DNA of 44,244 bases from a virus (Duplodnaviria; Heunggongvirae; Uroviricota; Caudoviricetes), in the IMG/VR virus record IMGVR_UViG_2896595138_000007, positions 1 to 44,244 of that record. One strand, given 5' to 3'. Shown here piece after piece: positions 13,608 through 23,549 of the stretch. The notes below the pieces were generated by a model. That model ran no database searches. It was given only the letters and a program-made list of their open reading frames with translations, and was not told the origin of the DNA. Position 1 is the stretch's first letter, and each line of letters starts with the position of its first letter. The position numbers were made by a program, and so were the translations under genes.

Positions 13608-16600
13608 CGTCCACCTCCAGAGAACAGACCACCATCACGGGACTGCTGTTGCATAAAGTCCGCTGCTGCTTTTTTCCCGAGGTCATAAACCACCTTCAGG
13701 GCAGCCGGACCTATCTGCCCGTTCGTGCCATCGTTATTGATCTCGATGTTGTACTGCGGGGCAAACATCGCCATACCTGAACCACCAATATCCGCCACAA
13801 CCCCCAGCTTACCGTCAGCACCACGACGCAGAGGCAGAATGGCTTCAGGCCCAGCTTCCCCCATCACACCTGCACCTTTTGCAAAAGCAAAAAACGTCGG
13901 ACGGTTAACCACCGTGCCACTGTAGCGACTCAAATCAGCAGACTGATAAACACCACCATCAGCATTGGGCGTCACACTGGCAGTTGCTGCACTCCCCCAG
14001 CCAAACGCCGAACCAATCCCCTTAACTGCCTGCATCATGGACATCTGAACCATGATTTTTGCCAGATCAGAAAGGAGCGAGGCGGTAAAAGATTTGAAGT
14101 TCAGTTTTCCGGTGGTACAGAATGTTGCCAGTGCATTACCTGCACTATTAAATGCCGCTGTAAGCATCTGCTCCGCAGTGCCTGCCGCATTATCCGCATC
14201 TGCCGTGAAATTCTGAAACGCCCGCATGGCACCGTTTTTCCAGTTACCCTGAGCAATTTCAAGCTGTTGCCAGTAACGGCGATTCTCATTCAGTTGCCTG
14301 TTCAGGCTCTCCGTCAGCGCCTGCTCGGCCTTTCTGTAGTCATCCGTGTTATATGTCCCTTTCTGCTCACTATCCCGCCTCAACTGCTCCAGCTGTTGCT
14401 GGTATTTCTGGCGAAGGCTCAGTTGTACCTGATATCGCTGCCGCTGCTGATCACCCATACCCACCGTGGCGATATCCAGGTCATGTTGCTGACGCTGAGC
14501 GCGCTCTTCTTCAGCCAGTTGACTGGTCAGCTGAATTGTTTTTTTCTTCAGATCGTTGAGTGCCGTCTGTTTCTGAAGCTCCTGCTGTTTTACATCCAGC
14601 AGCGTCAGTGCCTGAATCAGTTCATCTTTACGGGCCAGCACACTCTTTTCATCTGCCGTCAGTTTTTTCCCGTCCAGGTCGCTGATGCGCTGCTGCAGAG
14701 CCAGAAGCTGTTTATGCGCTTCTGTCATCCTGTCAGTGGCAATGCCTGCTGACTGTCTGGCAGCAGCAATCTGCCCTTCCACCTGTGCCTGTTGCTGGCT
14801 GTACTGCAGCAATAACCGGGTGGCCTCATCATTACGGGTTTCGCGTGTTTTTTTCTTACCGGATGCCAGGGCTTTCTCGTAACGTTCATTTTCACGTTGT
14901 ATCGCCGCATCCCTGACAGCCTGATCGGCGTACTGCATGGCATTAATACGCGCAATTTCACGCTGATGTCGTGCTGCTTCCGTTTCATTCATCCGGTTCA
15001 GTGCAGCATTTTCAGCATTACGGCGTTTCTGTTGCTCCTGATAATTCCGCTCTGCCTGCTCTTTTGCATCCTGCAAATCCTTCTGGCGTTTTTTCTCCTG
15101 AAGCTCGTTAAGACGCTGCTGATCGTATTCAACCTGAGAAGATGATGCCGTCCAGGGGAGTCTTTTCGCCCGCGATACTTTCTCCTGCAAAGTGGCAATC
15201 TGCGCATCCAGCGAATCTTCACGACCAATATTCATGGCCGCATCCCAGAACTGCTTCCACCAGTCAGACAAGGTTTGCAGCGTACTACCCAGCGCATTGA
15301 GGTTATTATCAATATCCGCAGTACGCCGACCGGTTTCCTCTGCCAGTGCAAACATGGCTATCCGTGCCGCATCACTGGAGCGCCCCTGCTCTCCAAGGAC
15401 GCGTATCTGCTCAAGCTGAGTGGCAGTAAGAAAATGCAGCTCATTGTCCAGAGCCTTCGCGGCATTTACAGGATCATCCTTCAGCCGCTTAAACTGATTT
15501 ATGGTATCGCTGATCGACTGGCCAACCGATCGCTCCATCTGTGCGGCAGCTCTCGCCACCATACCGATATCGTTTCCACGAAATGCACCACTCCCCACCA
15601 CCTGAGCCAGCGCACCGGCTGCAGCATGTTGCGTGATACCATTCCCGGAAATAGCACGACTGAGCGTCCACAGCTGCCCGGCAGTGACTCCGGCATAATG
15701 CCCGTCAGCGACAGCTGGCGGTTAAATTCTTCCCCCTCCTTCTGACCGTCATACCAGGCTTTACCCAGACCATAGACGGCCGCGGTAATACCGCCAATAA
15801 CCCCGCCCAGCATCATGCCTTTCGGTGACATCAGTGTGTCTATCCATCCGGCACGGTTAGCCAGCGTTATCCCGGATCCCCTCAGCGCCCCTAAATTGCC
15901 GCGGGCCAGTTCACCTATCAGAACGCCTATCTCCTGGCGGGCCGCTGCACTTTTCAGACCCAGCGAATGCGTGGCTTTTCCTGCCCGCTCCATTTTGCGG
16001 ATATACACTTCTGCAGCACTGCTTACCCCCAGCTGGGCAGCCCTGGCACGAAGCAACTCAGAAGAAGAAAGATTCTGGCGGGTTGCCTGCTCTTTAAGCT
16101 GACGGATAAACGCCACTTTCTGTCGGGTAGACTCTGCCTCAGCCTGCGTAAGAACACGGGTTTTCGCCGTAACCTCAGAAATCAGCGCCAGATAATCCTG
16201 CTGACCAATCCCGCCACTGTTTCTGGCCTGTCGGATCTGCTGCTGAATACGCTGTAACTCCTGCACCCCCGCACTGGCCTGTTTCACACTGTCAATCTGA
16301 CGATAAAACGCGGCAGCCGCTTTATCCTAAGCCTCCGCCAGAGCCATGGCCTGTGCCTGTTCCTCGCGCATTTTCTGGCTCAGTGCCTCCATACGCTGGC
16401 GGGTTTGCTCCACCTCGCGGGCCATGCGTTCATGAGCCTGTGCGCTCTTCTCCACCGTCTGCGCATGGACGGATGCGGCTGTTGCAGCCGAAGAAGCCGC
16501 CTGCATTGTCTGCCGGGCGGCCTGAGTCTGACGCTCCATAAAACGCTGCATACGGGCAGAAGACCGTTCTGCATCGCTGGCTGCACCATTCAGAAGGTTT

Positions 16601-16707
16601 TTGATACGGGGAATTTCATTTTTAAACTCTGCCGCATCAATCCCCAAATCAATGACCAGGTTGGCTATCTGGTCCATAACGCACACCTCCGGAAATACCT
16701 TCCCCAA
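13604..16707 (-). CDS. H: Tail tape measure protein H, with in-frame TAG at 16327-16329 and apparent 1-nt frame break near 15690
   Basis: Three collinear ORFs (16327..16707, 15499..16287, 13604..15601). The first two share a frame and are separated only by TAG. C-terminus ...NNDGTNGQIGPAALKVVYD...DGGLFSGGGR as in lambda H. Confidence 0.85.
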
Positions 16708-16978
16708 GATGCATCAGTTCTTCGTCCGTTCGCTCCGGTATCCCGTTCTCTTCCGGTAAAAGGCTGAAATCAGCCACCGCAGCATCACTGCTGCCGGACA
16801 CCATTCTCACGATCAATGCCTTCAGCGAGGCAAACTGCGCATCCATCCACACATCACTGAAGCTCTGCATCCGGAAATAATCGCCCCACTCACCAAGCTC
16901 AGTGGCCGACATTTCCGACAGCATCCGCCGCCAGTCTGCCCGCCGGAACTCCCGGGCAAGCCGCATGACAAACTGCAT
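16649..16978 (-). CDS. T: Tail assembly protein T (distal part of the G-T frameshift product)
   Basis: MRLAREF..WRRMLSEMS...GISGGVRYGPD resembles lambda T; in this assembly it sits in the +1 frame relative to G, which becomes the expected -1 if AAAA at about 16993-16996 is AAAAA. Confidence 0.75.
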   Translation of the reverse strand: MQFVMRLAREFRRADWRRMLSEMSATELGEWGDYFRMQSFSDVWMDAQFASLKALIVRMVSGSSDAAVADFSLLPEENGIPERTDEELMHLGEGISGGVRYGPDSQPGH

Positions 16979-17054
16979 TTCCCGCGTCAGGACTTTTCCG
17001 GCGTCAGCACCTCATGCTCCAAATCCCCGGCATTCTCAATGGCTCCCATACCGC

Positions 17055-17390
17055 TCAGCGACAGAACCATCTCCGCCCCGCTCCCAGGGCATCATACGAC
17101 CATGTTGTAATAACGGATGCGCAAAGCGTCTCAACATCCTGAGACTGTTCCGCATTCCACAGTGAGCGGGAAACCAGCCAGGCATTGATATCCATCCCCA
17201 TCCGCAGAAAAGCAATCTGTCGTTCAGCCTCCGGCAGTTCTCCCTCTTCGGCATCAAACTTTGCCGTTCGCTGCTGAACAAACGCCAGATATTCAATTCT
17301 CTGCAGCCCGGACAGCTCACTGAGCACCACGGACTGCTTTTCATAATTAAACGTGCCCTGTTTCAGAAACATCATGTTCTCCACCTGCAA
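17055..17390 (-). CDS. G: Tail assembly chaperone G
   Basis: MFLKQGTFNYEKQSVVLSELSGLQRIEYLAFVQQ resembles lambda G; lies between V and T. Confidence 0.8.
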   Translation of the reverse strand: MQVENMMFLKQGTFNYEKQSVVLSELSGLQRIEYLAFVQQRTAKFDAEEGELPEAERQIAFLRMGMDINAWLVSRSLWNAEQSQDVETLCASVITTWSYDALGAGRRWFCR

Positions 17391-17431
17391 AAAAGCCCCG
17401 GATAATCGGGCAAATGATGAGTATCGTCCTG

Positions 17432-18175
17432 TTAACCTGCGGCGCTGACGGCCACCGTAGCCACTGCCACAAAATCGCCGTCAGAAGTCATGCCCACAAT
17501 GCTGACACTGCCCTGCTTCACGCCTTTCACCGTGGCCACAAGCCCGTTCAGAGTCACCGTGGCAGTCTGTGGATCTGTCGAATGCACACTGATCGCTTTG
17601 TCACTGGCTCCGTCAGGTTTTACTGTAAAGGTCAGCGTGGTGGTTGCTCCCACTTTTACACTGGCAGATGCCGGTGCCACCGTCAGCCCGGTAACGCCCA
17701 CGGTTTCAGTGCCTTCTTCTGCCAGATACGGACGCCCCACACCGCTGATTTTCACTGTGCGGGTCATCACGTCTTTTGAGGCAATGGTTTTACCCAGTGA
17801 ACTCAGCCAGCCACGGAAAACATCAACAGTACCGTTGGGATATTTGATACGAAACGCGCAGACTTCACCGGAGTCGAACAACTGAACCAGTTTTTTCTGC
17901 CCGCTGTCACCCGGACGCCAGGCCAGCGTCGCCGAAGTATCACCGACGGATTTCTGCCCCTGGGTTGTCGTTTTCCAGTCTGCATCTTCATCATCGAGAT
18001 AAGTGTCATCTTCTGCATCAGCGGTCATTTCGCCAGGCTGCAGATCCTTCACCATCGCAAGACGCAGCCAGTCAGTGTCCGATAAAGGGTTCGCAAACGC
18101 ATCGCCCTTGCCGGTGTACATCCAGAACGTCGTTCCCGCACCTTTCGTTTTTGCCAGTGGATTTGGTGTGGTCAT
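17432..18175 (-). CDS. V: Major tail protein V with C-terminal Ig-like domain
   Basis: MTTPNPLAKTKGAGTTFWMY...YLDDEDADW...FRGWLSSLGK matches lambda V as recalled; the ORF track extends upstream to 18250. Confidence 0.9.
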   Translation of the reverse strand: MTTPNPLAKTKGAGTTFWMYTGKGDAFANPLSDTDWLRLAMVKDLQPGEMTADAEDDTYLDDEDADWKTTTQGQKSVGDTSATLAWRPGDSGQKKLVQLFDSGEVCAFRIKYPNGTVDVFRGWLSSLGKTIASKDVMTRTVKISGVGRPYLAEEGTETVGVTGLTVAPASASVKVGATTTLTFTVKPDGASDKAISVHSTDPQTATVTLNGLVATVKGVKQGSVSIVGMTSDGDFVAVATVAVSAAG

Positions 18176-18185
18176 TGCCACCTCC

Positions 18186-18587
18186 TTAATTCGTGTACGT
18201 GATCTGGTACGTGATTTCCGCCATCGCCCAGGTGGCCATCTCATTATCACGTTGATAGTTAAAACCGAGTGGGATCAGGGTGTCGATGAGTCCGGAAAGT
18301 GCCGGTACATCATTCAGGGCCGGGAAAATGGTGCTCTCCATCCACATATCCAGCTCTGAATCCGGTGCCTGTGCCCGGATGAAGACGGCAATATGCAGAA
18401 CAGCCTGCCAGTCATCTTCATCCGTCATTTTTCCGGTGTACTGAGCATCACTCAGCCACACCGCCACGGCAGGCAGTTCCTGCGCATCAATAAATGCCGG
18501 AAGCCCGTCAAAAAATGTGGCGCTGTCTCCACACTGTTCCCGAAGGCGTGCCAGTACGGCCTAGCGGATTTGTGTATGTCGGTTCAT
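18186..18587 (-). pseudogene. U: Tail terminator protein U with in-frame TAG (amber) at codon 9
   Basis: ATG at 18587-18585 overlaps the Z stop (ATGA). Reads MNRHTQIR-TAG-AVLARL...; downstream ...WMESTIFPALNDVPALSGLIDT...ITYQITY matches lambda U. Confidence 0.8.
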
Positions 18588-19162
18588 CGGGTCAGCCATA
18601 ACCTCAGTTGTTGTTTCAGTGCATACCCCAGCTGTTTCGGCATTTCCGCAGCAATGATGCGATCGCGGGCATCTTCAAATGCCTGTGTCAGCGGTCCGGA
18701 CAGCGGGATTTTCACCACATCAATGGGGTAACGATTTTTGCCATCAATACGCCGCATCACATGCCAGCGACCATTCGCCAGTTGCTGAATAAACGCATCC
18801 CGGAAAAGATATTTACCCACCTTCAGCACGCTGCCACGGTACTGCAGTTTTCCACCACGCCGGGCCAGTCTGACCCGGGCTGTCCCCAGCTTAATGGCGG
18901 GCAGATTGCCCCGGTTAACGCGGATCCTGGCCGTCATTTTTCCTGACGGACTGGCTTTAAACACCCGGACACGCTGACGTACCAGTTTCAGGGGGATCCC
19001 TTTCACCTGGTTATCTCCCGCAACGGTATTCCCGGCAACCTGCCGGGTGGCAACCGAGACCGCTTTCTGTGCCACACGGTTTATCGCCCATGCGCTGGCC
19101 TGTGGCACCATACGGGTATCAAGGCTGTTCAGATTGCGGATGGCATTCTCAAGCCCCTTCAT
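18584..19162 (-). CDS. Z: Minor tail protein Z
   Basis: 192 aa; ...NGRWHVMRRIDGKNRYPIDVVKIPLSGPL... matches lambda Z as recalled. Confidence 0.85.
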   Translation of the reverse strand: MKGLENAIRNLNSLDTRMVPQASAWAINRVAQKAVSVATRQVAGNTVAGDNQVKGIPLKLVRQRVRVFKASPSGKMTARIRVNRGNLPAIKLGTARVRLARRGGKLQYRGSVLKVGKYLFRDAFIQQLANGRWHVMRRIDGKNRYPIDVVKIPLSGPLTQAFEDARDRIIAAEMPKQLGYALKQQLRLWLTR

Positions 19163-19173
19163 CCCACACCTCT

Positions 19174-19449
19174 TTACTCAATAAAGATCATTGGCTTACC
19201 GTTAAAGCGTTCATGCCGTGTGACCGTCCATTGTTGTCCGTCATAAACAACGCGATCCCCGCGCCGTGGGCGGTATCCCGAAGAAAACACCACCAGAGAG
19301 ACCGCAGGTCCGGACAGAGCATTCAGCTCTGCCAGTGTTTCTCCCGGGATCACGGTCATATCGACATCATTAATCGAGGCTGTCTTTCCCATCTTTCTGA
19401 CCGTGATAGCATCCATACGCGCTGCCAGCCGGGAAAAGGGATCAGACAT
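19174..19449 (-). CDS. Head-tail joining protein (FII-like)
   Basis: 91-aa ORF immediately upstream of Z; RRGDRVVYDGQQWTV resembles the lambda FII C-terminal region. Assignment by position and weak similarity. Confidence 0.45.
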   Translation of the reverse strand: MSDPFSRLAARMDAITVRKMGKTASINDVDMTVIPGETLAELNALSGPAVSLVVFSSGYRPRRGDRVVYDGQQWTVTRHERFNGKPMIFIE

Positions 19450-19810
19450 TGAGTTTTACCGGCACTTCTTCTGCACTGGTTCCGGCATCTGCCCAGACAA
19501 CCCCGACCAGCGGATCAGAGCCGCTGTTAGTCAGCTGAACTTTTCCGGACTTCAGATAAACCTTCTTACCCGTTTTCATGTCATCCGTTTTCAGCTTAGG
19601 CAGCATAAACACACCTTCGGTCATACCGTCGCCTGTTTCACCTTGTGGAATATCGGTCAGCGCCACCGCAAAAACATCACCCACCTGCACCAGATCTCCG
19701 CTGCTGATGGCTGCACTGGCAACAATCGCCACCGTTTTTCCTTCTTCTACAAAATTCTTTGCCATAACTGTCTCCACACAGCCCCGTTCAGGGGCTGATT
19801 TCAGGTACAA
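19442..19810 (-). CDS. DUF2190-like head-module protein (possible decoration/cement protein)
   Basis: 122-aa ORF in the head module; family assignment from memory only. Confidence 0.4.
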   Translation of the reverse strand: MYLKSAPERGCVETVMAKNFVEEGKTVAIVASAAISSGDLVQVGDVFAVALTDIPQGETGDGMTEGVFMLPKLKTDDMKTGKKVYLKSGKVQLTNSGSDPLVGVVWADAGTSAEEVPVKLNV

Positions 19811-19851
19811 AAAAAGCCCTTACGGGCCATCAGAGTTGTTGTCTGCGATGT

Positions 19852-20169
19852 TTACGCCGTACATTTCACCAGACCGCGGTGATCAACTGGCGCGACACCG
19901 GCGTCAATACGCACTTTCGTTGTCACGCCATCCACACTGAAGCCCTCCATCTGATCAATATATGGCGTATCCACACCGTTGAGATAAGCCACTTCAATCG
20001 TATCGGAGCCTTTTGACGCAGCCAGGTAGAAGGTGGTCTGGCTGTTATCATCAAGACGAGGCTCTGCAATAACGGTCGCAAAATCTTTCACCGGGTTAAT
20101 AATACCGGCGTTAATGTCAGCCCCCTTGACACTTGAGGAGCGAATGACCTGGTTAGCAACAGACTCCAT
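19852..20169 (-). CDS. Hypothetical head-module protein
   Basis: 105-aa ORF between the capsid gene and the DUF2190-like gene; no recognisable motif. Confidence 0.3.
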   Translation of the reverse strand: MESVANQVIRSSSVKGADINAGIINPVKDFATVIAEPRLDDNSQTTFYLAASKGSDTIEVAYLNGVDTPYIDQMEGFSVDGVTTKVRIDAGVAPVDHRGLVKCTA

Positions 20170-20204
20170 CGCCGTCGGTACCAGTACGAACGCAGGACGA
20201 ATAT

Positions 20205-21809
20205 TCAGATGACGCTCCCCTCTTTCTGAACACGCATCAACTGGCGGGCTTTATCCAGCGATGCCACGTCCATTGCAGCGCCCTCCAGTACGTTTGCATG
20301 TTTCGCTTTATCGAACAGACTTACATTATCTGTGGAGATTTTCGGGTTAGACGTCAGAATGGCATAAACCAGATCGGCAATAGTGGATTTCGCCGCACGG
20401 CCCAGCTTCATCGGGACATCGGTCAGCATATTCAGATCATCATTGATAATGGCCTGACGGGTGATACTGAACAGCTCGCCATAGGTCGCCAGTGCAATAG
20501 TGGCCTGTTTATCTCCGGTGGTGACGTATTTATATTCCGCCCCTTCACGCACCTGACGCAGAGCACTGAAGCCCCCCATACCCACGCGATGGGCAATTTT
20601 AAAATCAGACAACTGACCTTTCCGTGTCCACTGTTCATAGGTTTCAGGGGCATCCTCCCAGCCCTGCAGAATGGCTTTGTTCGCAACATCCAGCAGAATA
20701 TTACCGAAGTCAGACGTACTGTGTGTGAACGCCGCACCGACCATCTGCATCGGGTTATAACCGGAAACCCCAATACCCCGTTCAGTCAGTGACATACGGG
20801 CATATTCACGCAGGGTCATCCCGTTGTAGACATTATCACGTTCGGTTTTTTCAAATCCGGCACGCGCCATCAGCGCCTGGCGGATCCCGTCCCCCACAAA
20901 ATTACCGTTACCGGCATAAATATGAGCCGGGGTATTTTTATTGGATGGCGTGGACTCGCGCCCCATCTCGTTCAACAGCTTTTCGCGGGCCTGCTCCAGC
21001 GAACATTCAGGATCGGCAAGACACTGAGCCTGCAGCGTCTGATAACGCCCGCCAAACATGGCAAACAGATCATTAATACCGTTTACACGCGCTTTTTGCT
21101 CTGCCAGTACCTGCGCACGGATACTGTTTTCATCCACTACAGGTGCTGCTGCCTGCACTGGCGTCCGGGAGGCTGCAGGTTCATTATCCTGTACGCGTGG
21201 AGCACTGTTGCGTGGCGGAGTAATCATGTTTCGAATGGATTCCGGCATCTTTTTAAATTCCTCTGTACGTTTTGACTGAATACATGCCATTGCCTTAACG
21301 GCTGGCGTCACCTGATCAGCAAATCCATGTGCCAGACATTCGGCACCGGACATCCAGGTCTCATCCGCCAGCATGGCAGCAATTTCATCGGTGGTTTTCC
21401 CGGTTTTCTGTGCATAAGCGGGTAACAGAACCGCCTCAACCTTATCGAGCAGGTCGGCATAGGTGCGCATGTCCTCCGCATCACCGCCCGTAAAGCTAAA
21501 TGGTTTATGAATCATCATGAAGGTGTTTTCCGGCATAATGACCGGGTTTCCCACCATCGCAATGACCGACGCCATTGACGCCGCCACACCGTCGACATAA
21601 ACGGTAATGGACGCACCATGTGTTTTCAGCGCATTAAAAATGGCGATGCCTTCAAAGACATCGCCACCCGGTGAATTGATATGGAGATTAATGTGGGTGA
21701 TATCGCCCAGTGCATTCAGATCACTGATAAACTGCTTCGCTGTAACACCCCAGAAACCAATCTCGTCATAAATATAAATATCCGCGTCACTCTGGTGACC
21801 AGCCTGCAT
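20205..21809 (-). CDS. Prohead protease (ClpP/S14-like) fused to major capsid protein
   Basis: N-terminal part YIYDEIGFWGVTAKQFISDL...INSPGGDVFEGIAIFNAL...ASMASVIAMVG is ClpP-like; C-terminal about 300 aa is capsid-like. The ORF track extends to 22070; the likely start MQAGH is at 21809. Confidence 0.7.
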   Translation of the reverse strand: MQAGHQSDADIYIYDEIGFWGVTAKQFISDLNALGDITHINLHINSPGGDVFEGIAIFNALKTHGASITVYVDGVAASMASVIAMVGNPVIMPENTFMMIHKPFSFTGGDAEDMRTYADLLDKVEAVLLPAYAQKTGKTTDEIAAMLADETWMSGAECLAHGFADQVTPAVKAMACIQSKRTEEFKKMPESIRNMITPPRNSAPRVQDNEPAASRTPVQAAAPVVDENSIRAQVLAEQKARVNGINDLFAMFGGRYQTLQAQCLADPECSLEQAREKLLNEMGRESTPSNKNTPAHIYAGNGNFVGDGIRQALMARAGFEKTERDNVYNGMTLREYARMSLTERGIGVSGYNPMQMVGAAFTHSTSDFGNILLDVANKAILQGWEDAPETYEQWTRKGQLSDFKIAHRVGMGGFSALRQVREGAEYKYVTTGDKQATIALATYGELFSITRQAIINDDLNMLTDVPMKLGRAAKSTIADLVYAILTSNPKISTDNVSLFDKAKHANVLEGAAMDVASLDKARQLMRVQKEGSVI

Positions 21810-21822
21810 CCTGAACCAGGAA

Positions 21823-23403
21823 TTATTCTTCGGACTGGTCGTCGGTGTGCTGCGGCTCCTGTCGTTTCGTTGCGGCACTGCTGCCTCCTTTATCACTGGC
21901 CGGATCGGTATCAAATACCAGATCCAGCTTGCGGTTTTCATCAATTTCGGCCTTGCGCCGACGTTTGACATCATCCGGATTACGACCACCTGCACGTACC
22001 CAGTCTGATTCTGTCGCTGCTCCACCACGAATCTGAATTTTCCAGGCCTCAGCCTCCTTAACAGGGTCAATCCACGGCATCACCGGTCCGGAATACACCG
22101 CGGTATACAGTGAAGAACGGTCAAGATCGCGGGGTAGCCTGATAACACCGGATGCCACAGCCTGTTTCAGCCAGGCACGATACATCGGGCGGGTGACAGC
22201 ACCAATAAACCAGTCCTGCAGGATCAGGTAGCCATCAGTGGATTCAACCAGCTCCTGACGCTGGGCGCTGTAAGTGCCGTTATAGTTGCGCGCTGTACTG
22301 GAAAAACTCAGACGACTGCCCGCCGCCACGGCACGCAACTGACCATTACGAAAAGTTTCAAGGTTAGGATTGGGGCGATCCGACTTCACCATTCCGATTT
22401 CTTCGCCGGGTTTCAGATCGTCGTAAATAATGCCTGGCTGAATGGTAAGCTCACGTTCATTCTCCTTGCTGTCATTACCATCCGTTTCATAGCTCTGTCC
22501 GTCGCCTTTGCGGATGTACATCCCCAGAGCAGCGGCGATCCTTGCTGCAGTCAGCTCAGAATCTTCATATTCTTTCAGGGCACTGAGGCGGATCAGCACA
22601 CCGGACAATAAAGACGTCCCGCGCATCTGGTGCAGACGGCGAACAAATTTAAGATGCAGCATTCGCTCTGCATCCACTTCTTTGGTTTCCATCTGCCGTC
22701 CGGATACGGGACGGCTTTTATACACCAGATATTTTTCGGGACGCCCCCAGTCATCAACAAACACGCCCTGATTCAGCCTGTTGCTCTCATCACTGGTCAT
22801 GGGAATAAAGTCCGGCTCGAGCGCCTCCAGCCAGAAATGAACACCGGCAGAAGGCGTCAGGCTGTTTATGCGCCCGGAAACCATCTGGGCAAACACCTCA
22901 CCATCGCGCAGCCAGGTACGCAGCATCAGACGTTCCAGCATCGGGCGGGTAAACTGCCCGGTGACTTCCGGACTGACAGACCATTCACTCCATCGGGTGC
23001 GTATCTCCGCTGCCAGATCACGGGCAATGGCCCCATTGCGTAATACCGGATGTGGCTCGACAATAATCCCGTTTTTCCCCACCACCCGTTCTTCCAGCTT
23101 GTCAAATACACCAATAACCAGATCGTGGTTGTTATCAAGGTAACGGGCCTGCTCACGTAACGACACGGCCCCGTACTGGCTTAACTGGTCGGCAGTTCGG
23201 TTTTCCCGCCGGGCTTTGTGTGTCCGCGTCGTTTTTACGGCCTCATAAGCCTGGATCACCGCACGGGAACGCAGCCTTGCCGCTTTCCATCCTGGTGAAA
23301 AAACGCCAATCACATCATCAAGAATTGCCATCAGAACCTCGCCAGCCGGTACCCGGGATGCCCCCGTCGTCGTGTAATCAGAGCCGCAAGGCGGCGCTCC
23401 CAC
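21823..23403 (-). CDS. Portal protein (lambda B-like)
   Basis: 526-aa ORF after terminase and the W-like gene; likely true start MAILDDVIGVF near 23332. Confidence 0.8.
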   Translation of the reverse strand: MGAPPCGSDYTTTGASRVPAGEVLMAILDDVIGVFSPGWKAARLRSRAVIQAYEAVKTTRTHKARRENRTADQLSQYGAVSLREQARYLDNNHDLVIGVFDKLEERVVGKNGIIVEPHPVLRNGAIARDLAAEIRTRWSEWSVSPEVTGQFTRPMLERLMLRTWLRDGEVFAQMVSGRINSLTPSAGVHFWLEALEPDFIPMTSDESNRLNQGVFVDDWGRPEKYLVYKSRPVSGRQMETKEVDAERMLHLKFVRRLHQMRGTSLLSGVLIRLSALKEYEDSELTAARIAAALGMYIRKGDGQSYETDGNDSKENERELTIQPGIIYDDLKPGEEIGMVKSDRPNPNLETFRNGQLRAVAAGSRLSFSSTARNYNGTYSAQRQELVESTDGYLILQDWFIGAVTRPMYRAWLKQAVASGVIRLPRDLDRSSLYTAVYSGPVMPWIDPVKEAEAWKIQIRGGAATESDWVRAGGRNPDDVKRRRKAEIDENRKLDLVFDTDPASDKGGSSAATKRQEPQHTDDQSEE

Positions 23404-23549
23404 TCCTGCCGTCCCTGCCGGATCTCAGATAAGTTTTCCATGGTCATCTGCTGACCATTAAAGGTGACGGATTTTCCGTCCAGCACCGCCATTTCAGCTT
23501 CCGTATAACGCTGAATCATGGCTTCGATATCATTCTGGTTCATAACCAT
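23331..23549 (-). CDS. W: Head-tail connector protein (gpW-like)
   Basis: 72 aa between terminase and portal; C-terminus RRRGHPGYRLARF resembles lambda W. Confidence 0.6.
   Translation of the reverse strand: MVMNQNDIEAMIQRYTEAEMAVLDGKSVTFNGQQMTMENLSEIRQGRQEWERRLAALITRRRGHPGYRLARF

Noticed and set aside
17036-17344. 102-aa ORF overlapping G in another frame
   Set aside because: Trp/Arg-rich out-of-frame read-through of G; it is in the same frame as T but is closed by stops before T begins.
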